NCBI GenBank assembly: GCA_000934665.2
Contig: JYFJ02001605.1
Span: 1-64,000 of the forward strand
Source: Catajapyx aquilonaris
Lineage: Eukaryota
Direction: 5' to 3'
Length of the DNA stretch: 64,000 bases
Under the pieces are notes generated by a model. It was not told where the DNA came from. It worked only from the letters and a program-made list of their open reading frames with translations, and made no database searches. The position numbers and the translations under genes are program-made. Positions within the stretch are counted from its first letter, which is position 1. Each line of letters opens with the position of its first letter. This document shows positions 38,501 through 53,200 of the stretch, piece after piece.

Positions 38501-41500
38501 CTCGGGGTTAACACACTCAGGGTCAGGAGGGTAAAGCTGGGGTAGTTAAGTAGCATTTCAGGATTATGAGGTGGTGGGGAGGGCCCTAGGCCACAGGGGC
38601 ATGAATGGGACAAGGGGTGTTTTGAACTGGAATTGATCTTAGCATCACCCTATTGCACATTACCGCTGAAAAGCATGTACACTTTGCTTTTGTTACCTTT
38701 TGTTGCATAATAATGCAATAACAAGTACTATAGGAATTCTACGACCATATTCAGCACAATAGCCTGTATGCTAAGTGATAATGATTGCCATAAACACGAT
38801 GTTGTAATGGTTAAAATATTCCCTTCTGACTATTTTAAACACAACCTTTGTCAGGTCATATCATAGACATCGATATGCTTATGTCAAAAATACCATTGTG
38901 TCATAATCATCAAAGGATCGCTCGAGTTGTTATTTGGTCTCAACAATGCTGTAATAAACGCATGCCATTATCAGCTCAAGTAATGTACAGAAGGATACAA
39001 TCGACTGCCAAGTGCATACCACAGGAGCAGAGAGACATATCTGAAGTGGATCATCGTGATCCAAAGGTTCTATATTCTTGTGTCCTTGGTTGTGTGCTTA
39101 CAAGTCGAAGAGAGGCCCGGAGAATATTCGGGCTCCCAGCTCATGTGGGCGGATGTAATCTTTCCTGGTTGTGTTATCAAGAGAATATCCATTTGCAGAA
39201 GTATCAAACGCATGCGTTACAAAAAGCATTTTCCCACTGGGTTGAAGTCAAACATTGCGAGGGAAAAATAGTAAAATACATACGAGTAATCCGCAGTGCA
39301 ACTTTAGCTGTGAAGTAGGCCTAATATTTGTAATTAATGCATGTAGGCCTACAGTCCCGATGCAATTTAAAAAAATAACCACACTTTAATTTTTTCTCTC
39401 CAGTCATACATGTTGAAAAAGTAGAAACACCTTACGGCAACAGTTTCAAATAGAATATATGTTATATTTTATGATGAACTATAATATACTGCATCCGCAA
39501 AGCGAAGACAACAATAGGTATTTTGGTGCTAACGAGTAAATAAAAAGAGACCTATACCGGTACCTGCTAAAATATAGTATTTCAGACGACAACGTGCATT
39601 TGTAAAGTAGGCTAATTGCTCGAGAGATCAAATTCGAGTGATACTTTTTATTGTATGACAGGTCGCTGAGTCGTAAAATGATACCAAAACCAGGTGTATG
39701 TGGGCGATAAGTAAGACATGCCTACTAATTTTTGAAACGCGGAAACGTTTGTTCTCGCTATACAGCTTACAATGAGGCATTTTTAGTTTCAATAAATTTG
39801 CATTTGATCATACTTTTCTTTTTATTGTAGGAAGGCCTGCTATGCAAACTGTGCTTGTCTACTTCCAGGGGCACGTGCCGCTGTTTCAGAGCTGTAGATA
39901 CACAGCACATGACTGTGTCAAAGTCGAGCATGGTTAGTCGATTTAAGTGTTCATATTCGCATGATATCATTATGAGATTATGAACACTTGTCCTGCAAAA
40001 TGTCATATTTTGCAGGACAAGTTTGTACCGATGCTATGTTTCCAAGTATATATAAGTCGCCAGACAATCATATTGTTGTCTAAACTCCAAAAAAAAATTA
40101 TTACGGAACAACATTGTAGTTCTTTCTGATCGGTATATAATTATACAGATATACTACACTGTATAAGCCAGGGGGAAAACATGCAGTGTACTTCGATTAT
40201 TAACTGTATCCCTCTGACCCCTTGCCTTCAGTGGATATTCTTTTGTATTTTTAGCGGTGAATTTAAAATATATATATATATATATATATCTACTGTACAT
40301 AGGTGTTTTTTTATTTAAAAGAAGCTTAATTAGTTTGGCGAGATCAGTGTACCGTGTGTATTAAAAACGAATATGCTTATAACCATTGTTTTATTTCAGA
40401 ATAACATAGTGAGTTTTATCTGGTTGAACATGCAACCGATCCAATAGGAAAGCCTGACGCTGTAATGTACTGCAAGTGTTGTAATTGGTATTACACGGCA
40501 ATTTTAGTGCCATTATTTTGCTCTGGACTTCCCAATATCAAGCCCTACAATTGAAAAACCATATTATGCACAGCACATGTAACTTGACAAAGTTAATGCT
40601 AATAAAGTTAATTAATGAAAACAAAATACAAAATCCCTACCAGAGGTACATCCGCACTACATGTTATTGGCGCAGGATCCGTGTACACCGGATTAGTTCA
40701 TATAGGTATAGCCCCGGCTAGAGAAGAGGCATTAGTTTTGTTTGTTATAAATAAACGGAGTGTTTATTTAACTGGAACTCTGGCTGGCAGCCGAAGCGCA
40801 TAAAAGCCCAGCCATGGATTATTATTTTCCTCTAAAGAGCGATTATCATAACAATGCTTCGTTTTGCGAATTGTATCAATCGACGGTTCGGTCCCTATAA
40901 ATGCGTTGATGCCAGATTAACCCCTCCAATCCCCTCATAGTCCCCCCCCCCCTCTTCTATATCTATCTGCCAACCCTCTTTTCTCTTCCTGTCTAGCCTC
41001 AGCCAGGAAGGGGATTGATTCACGCCTTGTTTAGCACTGGGAAGGCTGTTGGACTTGATGGCTGCCTGGACAAGCTCGACAAAAAAAAAAAAAGACAAAA
41101 AAATCCGTCGTGCTTGTTGGGCGTGGTTGTGTTTGTGCTGGTGGTGTTCGAAGTGGTTGCTTCGTAGCCCCCAAAAATACGGGCTGGCCATGACATTACA
41201 CATGGTACAGGGATTCCACCACTCAGGATTCAGCTTTGTTGCAATTAGCGGTGGGATCCAGGCTAAAGTGATTCACAATGGGGGGAGAGAGAGCACACCT
41301 CTGTGAGATTGTAATATTATTATCGTTTATTAAATTGCACACTGCATATTATTTTATTTAAAACGCGTTGCAGCGGAGCGATGTGTGATGCTGGGCAGTA
41401 TTGTTGCAGTGCGTTGCGATGCAAACTCGAAAAATTAATTTCCCGTTTGGAAAAACGCTGTCATTAAATAGTGCATAGGTTTGATGTGAATTATTCATTG

Positions 41501-44204
41501 CCTGTCACTTTTAACTTTATCATTGGCGGCATATTTTGATGCACAAGGAAGCATGACGTCCTGGTCTACCTGTGGCCAATCTGCAAAAACCGGATTGTCA
41601 GTCAACCGGGACAGGTCTAAAGCAGATGGTGTCTGTTAATCATTTTGATCCCAAATGACCACCATGTCCAGCGGCTGATTATACACGAATCAAAAGGTAT
41701 CAGCAAAAAAAAAGTCTGCAAAGAGGAAGTATAGAGTGGTATAGACTGTAAGTTTAGTGCACATGTTTGCTACAGTTAAATATTTTATTGCGGATGACGT
41801 CTCACTCTCTTGCAGGTTAGCAAACTTTAATAAAGCAACTGTACCCCTGAGTAAGAGTCGCTTATAAAAGACGTCCTGCGTACACAGAGAAGACATAACA
41901 AAAAGTTTCCACATCACAGAAATTGTAAGATCTTGCGAAGAGGCAATCACGAACTGTAGACTCTTCAGGCAGAGAGGAAAATGTCAGATTTTTCTTTTCC
42001 TCAAGCGCATCTTGAAAGTGCAGCCGGCTATACAATATAAGAAAAAAAATCATTCTGAAAAGTCCATTTTAAAATTAAATTATATTTTACATGCTTATGT
42101 CAGCTAAATGCTACTGGTTTTCTCCAGGGAGTACCCCCAAAAAGCTATTTCATTTTTATATAGTTATTACAATTGTGCACTGCAGTATTTTGCTTCATAT
42201 ACCAATAATGCAGAAGGCCATTGGCTCCAGCAAAGTTCATGATATTTGTTGTTTTTTTCCAAACCCGGACGTCCTCCAGTCGTCCTCCACGTCCCTCTTC
42301 GATGAGGCTGAAAATATCCGTCTTCGCGTGTTTATCTCTCCTTTCCGGACTTGCTTCTGGTAATTGAGGCCTAATTACCTGCAAATTTGAATCCGGTAAG
42401 GCGCCGCAACTTTGCCTGCGACCCGGCTGTTTGGATCGCCCAGAAGCTGATACCTTATGATTATTTTTTCCCCTTCTCTCCGATCGGAATTTATTTCTGA
42501 CACGCGTTCCGTGTTACCGTCGCCAGAAGGAGGAGGAAGATTATCGTCCACATTTGATCCCCCCCCCTCCCCTCACTATGGACTAGATAATACACTAAGG
42601 GGGATCTTGCTTTCCTTCCTTGACTAATTAACTGTCTCAGGTTGTCAGCAGTAACTTGTTTAGCGACGGATCATAATATGTTTTTTTTTGCGAAAGAAGG
42701 AATTTAAGTGGGCTTGTAACTGTTTTTCTGGTGCTGGAAGCAGGACGTCAATGATATTTTTCGCCAGTCGTAAACAAGGTGGGAACGAAAGTAAGAGTGG
42801 AAGCTACAACCGGAGGGGTGGAGTTTATTATCCCACATCACGTATTTAGTTACGTTGTCGAACCAGTTTCTCAAAGTAGGTTGAACTACTGACGATGGGT
42901 GGGTGTTGATATAATATTATGTCAGGAACTAAGCTGGTTGGGACTTAACTGCAGCGTGCCTTTGATCATACGTTAGTATGGGTTTAAATAATAATGGGGT
43001 TGACTCGGTGCTTTGCTCATGGCGAAGCCCGCTTTAATGTACATGAATCCTCTTCAAAAAATGAGAGGAATAGCTGAAGTGAAGGTTAAACATGGTCTGA
43101 CAAGTATTAAACTGCCATTTTGCAATATTTTATAACTTATTTATGGTGCATTAAAGCATTTTTGTTCAGATAATCAAAAGGTGGGTTTAGAAGGTACTAT
43201 CTCTGCAGTTTTGAAACCAATAGTGCTTTATCAGAAAGCTTGTAATTGTTTAAAATCCTGTCACGTATGCTTGGAAACTCATTGATTTATGTAAATCCAG
43301 AAATATTCGATTGTAATCCTCACGGGAGGGACAGGTTACCCGGAATACCTGTCCAGCTCCATTTTAGTAGAAAAAAGTTCTAGGTTTTAGTTGTTGAAAA
43401 ACCCTGCAAGGGATGCAGATGATCACCATAGAGCAAGTCTCCTTGTTGCCTCAAGCATAGGGTCGACCTCTATCCAAAGTTATCCAAAGCAGGTCCTTAC
43501 TCTTCCTTAACTTCTTTTAATAAAGCTGCCAGCTCTAATGAAAGCGAGTCGGTTATTCCCCTGCTCTTTTTACGGGCAGATAGCAAGTCATAAGGGCCGA
43601 GATTTTCCCTACACTCCAGTTTCGGGCGCTTCATCTTGATATAGTGGAGAAGCTGTTCCTCCCCCGGGAACAGAAGACTTTGAGGCCATCGCGCTGCTGC
43701 ACCAGCCTCTAAGTGGCGAATTTTGCTCCTGACGCGATCCTCGTTTGTTGTGCTTAAGCGAAAAAGGGCCACGCTTTGCGGGACTAACTTATTACTATGG
43801 CCCCGTCTGCTCTTATACCGCTCCTTGTAAACACGACTAGCCCCCAAATCACCGTCCCGAGGGATGAACACCAATATGGGGTCACGGCGCTCGGTCCGAC
43901 TCGGAGCAGCGGGTGGCGGGATGCGCGATTTTTGAACCGAGTGGACCGATCTGGCAGGGAACAGACGACGGAGCGTGTCCAACCGCCCCTTGTAGGTCAG
44001 CCACAGATTAGGGGCGGAGTGTGCAAAGGGCCGGGGGTTGAGTTGTTGGCTGGCGCAAAGAGATTTGTGAGAAGGGTCGGGTAGAGCGTGGCGAAATTAG
44101 GCAAAGGAGGCCCGTGCGAGGTGGGCTACTAAATCTTGGCCGAGAATTCCTTCGGGAGGCGTCCGATTTGTTATGCGCTAATGAATGGTGGGTTGGGACC
44201 GGCT

Positions 44205-44249
44205 GGAAGGAAGGAAGGAAGGAAGGAAGGAAGGAAGGAAGGAAGGAAG
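44205..44249. repeat. (GAAG)n microsatellite
   Basis: Read directly from the sequence. Confidence 0.9.
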
Positions 44250-47200
44250 GGATGCTCCCTCCTCCCCTTTATCGGGATGATGTAAAGATTTGATTAAGAG
44301 AGCCTGGGAAGCTGCGGGAGGAGCCCACTCTGTCATCGCACAGATTATTATCTTCATTTTTTGGGCGCCCCCGGTTTTTTGGAGCATCCTGCTTCAAGGG
44401 GCTGTGACTTTACATGCCGGGGAATTTAACAGTTGCGCTACAAACATTGTATATTTGGACGTAATAAAAAATAGGACCAAGTACCGAATGCAAACTGCGG
44501 CGCGCGTAAAACTGGCGTAACGCTGCGGGCGTTCTTTACGACGCTCTGTATGACGGTCAGGAATGTTTCAGAGGCTGTAAATGCGTGTCCTGGGATAGGT
44601 TGTAGCCGTCCACTGGAAATATGTTTGGAAATCTCCATTTCTGCCCGTAAAAAGACAGAAGTGGGGGACGCCAATGCATTTTGCCTACCAGTCCTCACAC
44701 CTCACATGGCACGCGCGGGACTCCCACCACACCCATGAGGATTTTGAAATATCGTTTCTGCGATAATGCTGCAGCAACCTACCTCCTCTCAGCAAGCCTT
44801 CCTTTGTTCAGGAAACTAGCACCTCTGCTGCTGCTACTGACGGTGATCATAATAACAAGGCGATATTTCCTGCCACGTTAGTCGGCTAAGCGCTTATGGT
44901 TGGCTGGGGACTCCTCTCGCCCAGGGGATTGTGGGAATTCCGGACCCAACGTGCCGCAAAATCCGGACTTTGCCTGCACCCAGACCGGATAGGCATATTT
45001 TTTAGGGGACCAACGCTCTTCCTAGCCTCCTAGATAAGTGGAGGGCGATGGTGTTTCCAAGTATTGAAACCGTATTATCGATGTGAGAAGGAACATGTTC
45101 CGGATGGCGACGTGGCACGCACGCTCATTCTGTGCCCTATATACTGTATATGCATCGAGGCCATTTTTCCGCTCTCACGGGTATGCCGGTTTTTTTTAGG
45201 TGCGGCTATAGCGAGCGTCATCAGCAGCAAAATAAAAGCGATTCCTTTGGGTTTTAGTCTGGTTGATGCCGAGCACGTCCACCCCATTAATGCGCCACTC
45301 ATCATTACACATTAATTTCATGGCGCAAGGAAACCCTGGGCCACATGCTCTCTTCGGGACACAACATTGCCATTCAAATAATTATCGGATGGTTAATGGA
45401 CTGATGAACTTGCGGGGGCTCAGTTACACCTACATACCATTGTTGAGAGCATGTGTGAAAATATTTCCCTTCAATGCTCGACCTTTTTTAACTGTTGGTC
45501 ACAGGGTAGTGCGGAGATTTTCCGTTGGGCTGCTATGGCACAACTACCCTGTAATATCACGTCGTATAGCAATTAAAAGCAAGTGGAGCGGATTTATAGG
45601 GCGCAAGAAAGCATAGCCAATGCTTTCTCGGGTTCCTTGCATTTCGCGGCACGCAATCAATAATTGTAAAATTTATAACGAGAGTGTCTTAAAAGCAGGA
45701 GGTCGATCCCACTTTGCCTACTGCGGCAAGTGCAAGACTCATGTTATTACTTGAGTTCAACAGTTAGCTGGCCTTTGCAGGCCACGATTTTTATTGTCGC
45801 CAACTGCAATTTGGCTCTATGTGGGCTATATAGTAATGTTAATAAACGGTGGAAGGGAATGGGCGAGTTACTTGTGCGGAATGTGGCGGACCAGAAAATG
45901 TTAGTGCCCTACGCATGCTGATTTAATAATAGGCTTGGACCTGCAAAAAAAGAGAAGAACTTTGATGAAAGGCAGAATTATGCCTGCAGTCAGTAGCGTG
46001 AGTTCCTAACTGGCTCCGTGTGATTAGCATGAGCATGTTAACTAGTTGTTTTAAATAATTGAATGCCTTAGAGCTACGCAATGCTGGTGAACCAATTTTT
46101 AGCCTAATAATTTGGAGGCAAAATATTGTAAAATGTTCTCTGTAGCTTACATGAAAGAGACTCTTCAGATTTTACTGCATGTATAAATGCAGTGTAATTA
46201 CTCGAAGCAGCGTGTCAACGTGCTACAGAATATTTAGCAATATAAAAATAGCTACAAAGGCCCCGCATCATCAGTTAAGTGGCATCGAGGAAGGTAATAA
46301 AAAAATGGCAGCCGCAAACTCTCTCGGAACGTATATATACCAGAGGGAGTTGCGCGTCAACTTGATCAAGTTTTTATTGTGTATGGTACGCACGACATCG
46401 TCCGGGGGCCGTTGTGGCCAAGAGATATCCTGGCCGGTCACGTCATCCCCACTGCAAATAAGTTTCCATGTGGCAGGCCAGAAAAATTGAAAGTGAGAAT
46501 ACGTAAGGAGGAAGTTTTAAGAAGGAAATATTGGAATTCGTGGTAGAGAATCTGAGATGACGTGACCAGATCTAAGGCGGACTTTGGTCCCGTGGGGGGG
46601 TTAGGAGAATTATTACTGTATGAAACGATTGGGTTTTATGACTAGTTGGCGAGGCCTTAGCGTGCGCGATTAAGTCCTGAGCTGCTCACCTTCTCTATGG
46701 CGCTTAATCATACACCCATAGAGCTATAGAATTGTATGGAACTTGTGGGTTGGATGGCAGGCAGAGAGAGAGAGAGAGAAGGATCTGATGGGGTTGGGGG
46801 AAGGGAGGGGTATTGCTCTCGATTAATCACCTCCTTATTTGTAGAATTATGGCTTGGTTTGGGCTCAGTATACGTGTAAGGGGGAGGGGAGCCTTTTTTT
46901 AGCATCTTGTTGCTGGAGAAAACAACCTTTTTTCAGGCGATGGGTATATCTTATGTGAAAGAGGCGTTTAGTAATTTGTGCATGGAAAAAGGTCTATTGG
47001 TCACGACTCTTATTTGGATGCATGAAATTTAAAATATACAAATTGTCATTCACTACACCGAACAAGTATCGAGTAGCTTGAATGTGTTCAGAGGTGATGT
47101 TAGACAACAGTCACCGGAAATGCCCACAGGTTGTACTATCTGTTATATTATAGTCATTGTTCTTTCCAGATGAGCTAACAACAGAAAAATATCCTGCACT

Positions 47201-50200
47201 TGCCTCTGTATGGCTATTTTTTATTTTACCATGTAATAAAACCTTGTGGATTTAATGTTGGCATTGATGGCGAGATAATAGGAGAAACTCATGAATGAAT
47301 TGCAGTGCATATTTTGGAAATGTTCAAGCTGGCTTGCATCACATGATATAATTATAAGGAATCAAGACAATAGTTAAAAAATGGCATGTGGCTGTTATGA
47401 ACACGTCAGATAGCTGTGCAGCCGGCATGAAAGCTGTACCACACCATTCTCTATTTTGCTACTTTATCTCCAACACGATGCAAATTTCCATCGAATGTTT
47501 AATTAAAACCAGTTAAAGGCAGAGTTTCAGGTATAGAAATGTCAATTATTCATTTTGATTCAACGACAAACATTATAGAATCGATTTCGCGTACCAGTGA
47601 AACTTCCATTTAAGCAGAGTTAACCAGTGTAGAATTCGAATCAGTAAACGGAAGATTCGCAACAGCCAGACAGATATTGTCAGCACCATTGGCTATATCT
47701 AGATAGTGTATTACAATAACCCAAGTTTCTGCATCAGTTTCACGTTAATTTTCAAATATTAAGCCTGACTGCATTGCCAGAATAGTTCTGCTAATGATCA
47801 TGGTACTACTGTACAGTACATGCATCGCAATTATTATTTCATTAGAGGAATAGTATTATCAGACACTGTAAAATCGTGGATTAAATAAACACTTCGCCAG
47901 TGCCAAACCACGAGCCAGTTAATTGATGATGTCCGGTTAATTTGCATGCATAATAAACGTATTGTTTTTATAGGCTCTACTCCTTTATTTAAAGAGTAAT
48001 ACCTTTAATCGACCTATTGCATCACACGAGTATAAAATTAATAACTCTAGGACAAATCTTTGAAAGGCTGAAATCACATTATGACAATGAAGATAAGTCA
48101 TGAACAAGAGTTTACTGGCCATATCACTAATAGGCCGCTTTAAAAAAGAACATTTTTGGTCAAGTTTTTTTTTTTGCTGCCGGACACTGAGGACACCCAA
48201 CAATGCCTCCAGAAGATCTTATTTGCCAGGATATATTACCTTGTCGCAAAATTCGATTCATTCTTGTCATCCGCAAAATAAGGGAAGAGAAAAAATGGCC
48301 ATTCCATTAGCAAGTAATCAGGATTGCGTCTCACGCTTGTTGTGGCCAGAAATCCCGTCCACTTATTTCGTATTACAGGCAAGAAGTGACCAAAAAAAAA
48401 GTGTAGAGGCATCCAAAAAAAAAGAAGCATGGAAGTGGGCCCTGGCGCCAAATCCTTTCCCTAAATCCCGGAGGAAAAGGACAAAAGAAGGAATAGAGGA
48501 GGGAAGAGGGGGGGGGGCAACCAACCTATCCTGGAAGGGGATATGGGCTTAGCCTGTCAGAGACAAAGTGTCCTCCCATAAAGATTTGTCCTCGGAATCC
48601 GCCGAGGAGGAGGGAAAAAGCCTCCGGGATTATTATCAATAATGCCATTGTTGCGTGAGGAACAAAAAAAATGTAGGGGGGAGTAGGGAGGGCTTACTAA
48701 TGGCAGAAAGGGGGGAAGAATTTCTCCCTCCCCCTCCTGCCCCTTCCCATTTTATTATTATTATTTCGGGCTTTGACAACACTGGAACGGAGAGAAAGGG
48801 CAGTGGCATTTATTGTAAAGTGGAAAATAAACGATCAAGTTGTTCCAACTGGGGGAAGGCCACCTTCGATTTGGCCAAAAAATGTTAATAGGTTTATGAC
48901 TATTGCAACTGCGAAATGCGCCATAAAGAGTACTTGGCTAGAAAATTGATTGAACCTTACACCAGTTGGTTAAACGTGTAACTCTGGGAGCTATGAAACA
49001 TCATCTTGTATACTGGCCGACATTTGATTAACTCCGGACTAAAGTGTAACCCCGTGTAATGAATTCGGATTCGCCCAACCTCCAATGAATCATGGTGTAG
49101 CTGCATGTGCAAAATATCTTTTTAACCAGTTGGTTTGCGGATATATACACAGCCAGGTATATGGAGCCTATGCCGCCAATCTGTGGACAAGTGGGCTGGG
49201 AATTCATTAACGAAGTCATTAATTTCTAATGAAACTGAATTGCAAACTGCGGTAATAAGGATAACTTACGATTCCCAGCGCTTAATAGCACTTCGGATGA
49301 TGACAACTGTAGCATCTCAACCACAAATATGGTGTCGGGTATAGTGGAAAGGTAGAGTTGGGAGGGGAATGCGGGTTAGGGAAGGGAGGGAGAGGAGGGG
49401 GCAATTACCCTCGTGCTTAACGCAATGGTTATCACAATTCCAAGCCGGATTATAATTTGTCGGCAGCGGGAGCGTAACGAGCCAGGAGTAAATAGCATGC
49501 GAGTGGGGACGACATGATGTTGCCTGTTATCAGGTCGGCCTTTATCTGACCACTTTGTGACTTTTTCCCCCCCCCGCTCGACCTGGATGAAAATGACGTT
49601 ACATATGGGATTTGGTGGAATAGCCCGATTGGTTCCTAAACGATTACTTATGCAATAAAACTAGTTGTGGTCACACACCACAGTGTAGGGTGTTAAAAAA
49701 AAAGCGTCGTAATTGTTCTGGTCGAGAGAACCTGCAAACAAATCGAGGCATGACTGGTGCGAATAAGTGCGAGGGGTATACAATCCTAGAAGCATGCGAT
49801 CCTTGGGCTTGAAGGGAGCCTGCAAAGTTAGTTATGGCTCGGCGGCAAGTTCCAATTAGGATAAGATAATAGCTGGGAGAGTAATTAGCCTGCGTGATTT
49901 ACAACTTACTTATAATTGTTGTAATGCGCCTCTATTTCTGCAAAGCGGATGAAGAAAGTTAGGCCGCCTAGGGGGGGCCTACACCTAATTTCCTTTCTCC
50001 ATCAAAACTGCCGAGAAGTGATTCCATCGAACTTACAAGTCTTCACTTTTGCCCCCGGATCGAGTAATCCGGATCACTATTGGCCTCCGGACCACTCAAC
50101 CTACTTTGCTATCAAATCCAATGATAATGTCTGCCTGTATTGCGGGCAAGCTTTTATACAGTTCAATTTTTGGTCACCAGGAGAGGCACAGGAGCGTCAT

Positions 50201-53200
50201 GCTGTGGTCAAGAAGCGAACCTTGATGTCTGTCCGCAATAATATGTGGGTAAAGCAGCTGTTCCCTCTGTACTCATTGCAGGCGTGTAATTATGCCTGGA
50301 ATAGCTGTGGCATCGCTTTTATTTCCACTGTTGACATAACTAACGTGAAAACTGTTCGTAAAATAAACCAAAATCTATGACCTGTGCAAACTGTGCCTGT
50401 GCTTTCTGCTCTTCCAACTCTGCAACTAGGAATGTATTTTATGGAGCGGGAGAGGGGAGGGCACTATGGGGGAGGAAGGGGGGGGTACAATTATTGATGA
50501 GCGGCGCCAGAGTTAGCTCTATAGACTTATTGGCAGCAATTCGCATTCGAACGGCAGCTGGCAAAGCTGGCCGCGTTAAAACGAGCGGTTTTCATCCGTC
50601 ACGTTGTGATCATTACCTGTCGACCCATCATGGGATTGAAACCACCGAGAAATCAAGCGTGGAGGTCCTTCAATACAGCTAAAGACACTCATGATTTTCA
50701 CGCACTACCGATAATCGATTTTGTATTATTGTTGGTCGACTGCACCCAGCCTCAAAGAGAAATCGAATTCCTATACAATTTTTTTAAAGATCAAACATTT
50801 TTTTTTTACCTCCACTCAAAAAAGTGCAACGGCAAAATTTTAAGGTCCATATCATTAAAAAAGTTTGAACCTTCCAAATGGGTCCCTTTACAGTGTTGAT
50901 ATTTTTCCCTGCCGACACTGCGCCTTAAGTTGCAATTAAGGGGGCCCTGGGACAAACTGGATCTTCCTCCTAAATTTTTAGCAATGATTCTGGGCTTCTG
51001 CTCGCAGTGCTGCGGGTTTGTATATACGCTGTTAATTGAGGCTCTGAATTGCGCGCCGGAGCGGAAGAAAAAGTAGAGAGAAAGAAAAAATGGCGGCTCC
51101 AAGGACGTGATGCGAGTGGGAACGACCCATAAACAGGAAAAACGGAAAAGTTTCCCTGGTCAACCCTAATTAGAATGGAGGACCACGGGGTTGCATAAAA
51201 CTACTCCAAGTGAGGCGCGCTGCTTTTTCCGAGGGTGTAATTCATCCCTGTGTGTGTATGAGCATTTCCCAACGGACATCTTTGGAGTCGTTTGTGCACT
51301 CGGCTTGGGCTTGTCTCAACAAGCCAGAAATATGCATAAGCATCTTGCAAGGGGAAAAAACAACAATGTGTCAAGTCCTACGAAACGTTTGAGGGTCTTT
51401 TTTTTGGTTAAAAAAATTCTTGCTCCCCATACAATCATTTCTAGTAATCTAACAGAGACATTTGAGGAAGAGGCTGTGCTCGGAAAAATAAGTTGGGACT
51501 GAGGGAAGGAGAAGAATACCGAGAAGGAGGGTTTGGACCCACGAATTATCGCCTGGAAAAGGTGCTTCCAGACAAGTCATAAAAGCCAGCGGAGCCTGGA
51601 GAAGCACAAGTCGGGGAATTGAGCCTGGCTTCGGGTTGTTATAGTATCCCTTTCTATTCCCTTATGATTGTCCAACACTTTTGCTGTTTACCACCTGCAC
51701 TTACTACAGCTCCTCTGCTGCTCGGACAACGACTTAGTAGAAATCAATAGTACCTGAGTCTCGCCTATTGAAATCGAATCTTGGAAATTCAATCTCGACT
51801 GGGCTCGGGATTATTACCCCTCTAAGATATGCGCATATTTCAAGTTGAATCATATAATGACAATCTGGGAATGGACTGTAATAATCTAATAACCACACCA
51901 GCAGTTAATAGTATACTTGAGCTACAGTGCCTGTACATGAAGGCGAGCAGCAATATACTGAATCAGTGAGACAAATGAGGTGTATACCTTGGGTATAACC
52001 TCGTAACAAAGGTCATTTCTCATGGCCCTTCCGCTGCTCTATTGCGCTGTAATATGAACTACTAGTGTACTGCATAAAACGAAATCGTAATAATTGAACT
52101 GGCACTACCACATATTTTGTTAAAAAAATTACAGGCCAACATAAAAACCGTTCTGCCTATAGGCATCCACTTTTCAACACAGTTACTGTAAAATATCATC
52201 TCTAGTGCGTGATAGCTATTTAAAGCAATAAAAGGCCCAACGGTGTTTTTAAAATGACCACTGTCAACTGTAACAAGCTCTAACCATTATTGTTTCTGTC
52301 CTCGTTACCTCTTTGTACTTCACTAAAACAAGCAGTCCACGGCCAGTAAAAAAATGAGTTCCGACTGACATATCGATGCAAAGGTCGCGATACCATCATG
52401 TCTGTCTGTCCCCTTAATTAGGGGCTATACATATACCCTCCGACCAAAGGACTAATTGAATCCGATCCTAATTGCCAGGTAAATATAGGAACCATAGTTC
52501 CCCTCTACCTTTCTCTGTCCCTGAGCTCAGGTGGAAAGTGTCACCCCACTCAGCCCATGTCACCAACTCCATGTCAGCAAAGTCTGAGCAAAGCGCACTT
52601 TGTAGCAATTCGAGCCGCAAATCTGCTTCCTCTCTACGCTGATAAAATTTATGACGTTTCTAATTAGGAAGGGGTGCTTTACTACCAGTTTGATACCGCC
52701 TTCTGCCTTTGCGACTCCTCGATGGAACTTCGGACTGGACGTAATCATACATTGTTGTCGAGATTTACGATCTCCCTCCCACTAGTAGCCAACACCCGCA
52801 ACGACTTCTGCACCCGAGCTGTAATTGAAAAAGAAGGAAGGGAAAAATAGAAGCCGAAGTAATAATAAAAGGCAAGCTGCAAGGTGTGCTGATGGCTTCC
52901 GGGGATTGGGGCTGGCATGATGGCAACTTGCAATTTGGCTGGCCCTTGTATTGTATGGCGTGGACTTGGGTGGGCAGAGTCGGAAAATAATAGGTTGGTG
53001 TACGCACTAGTGTCCGGTTGGGGACCCTGGAGCAAATTGTGGTTCTAAGTATAGCCCTTGCGATGACCCTCTTGCAGTAGCTCATTCCATGGAAGAGATC
53101 CGACTGTTAAACGGAAGCAGCTTCGGACTACGTTGGTACTTACCCACACTCAAGTAGTACTGGAGGTTGTAAATTTCATGTTCCCTCGACCGCGTTGCGT

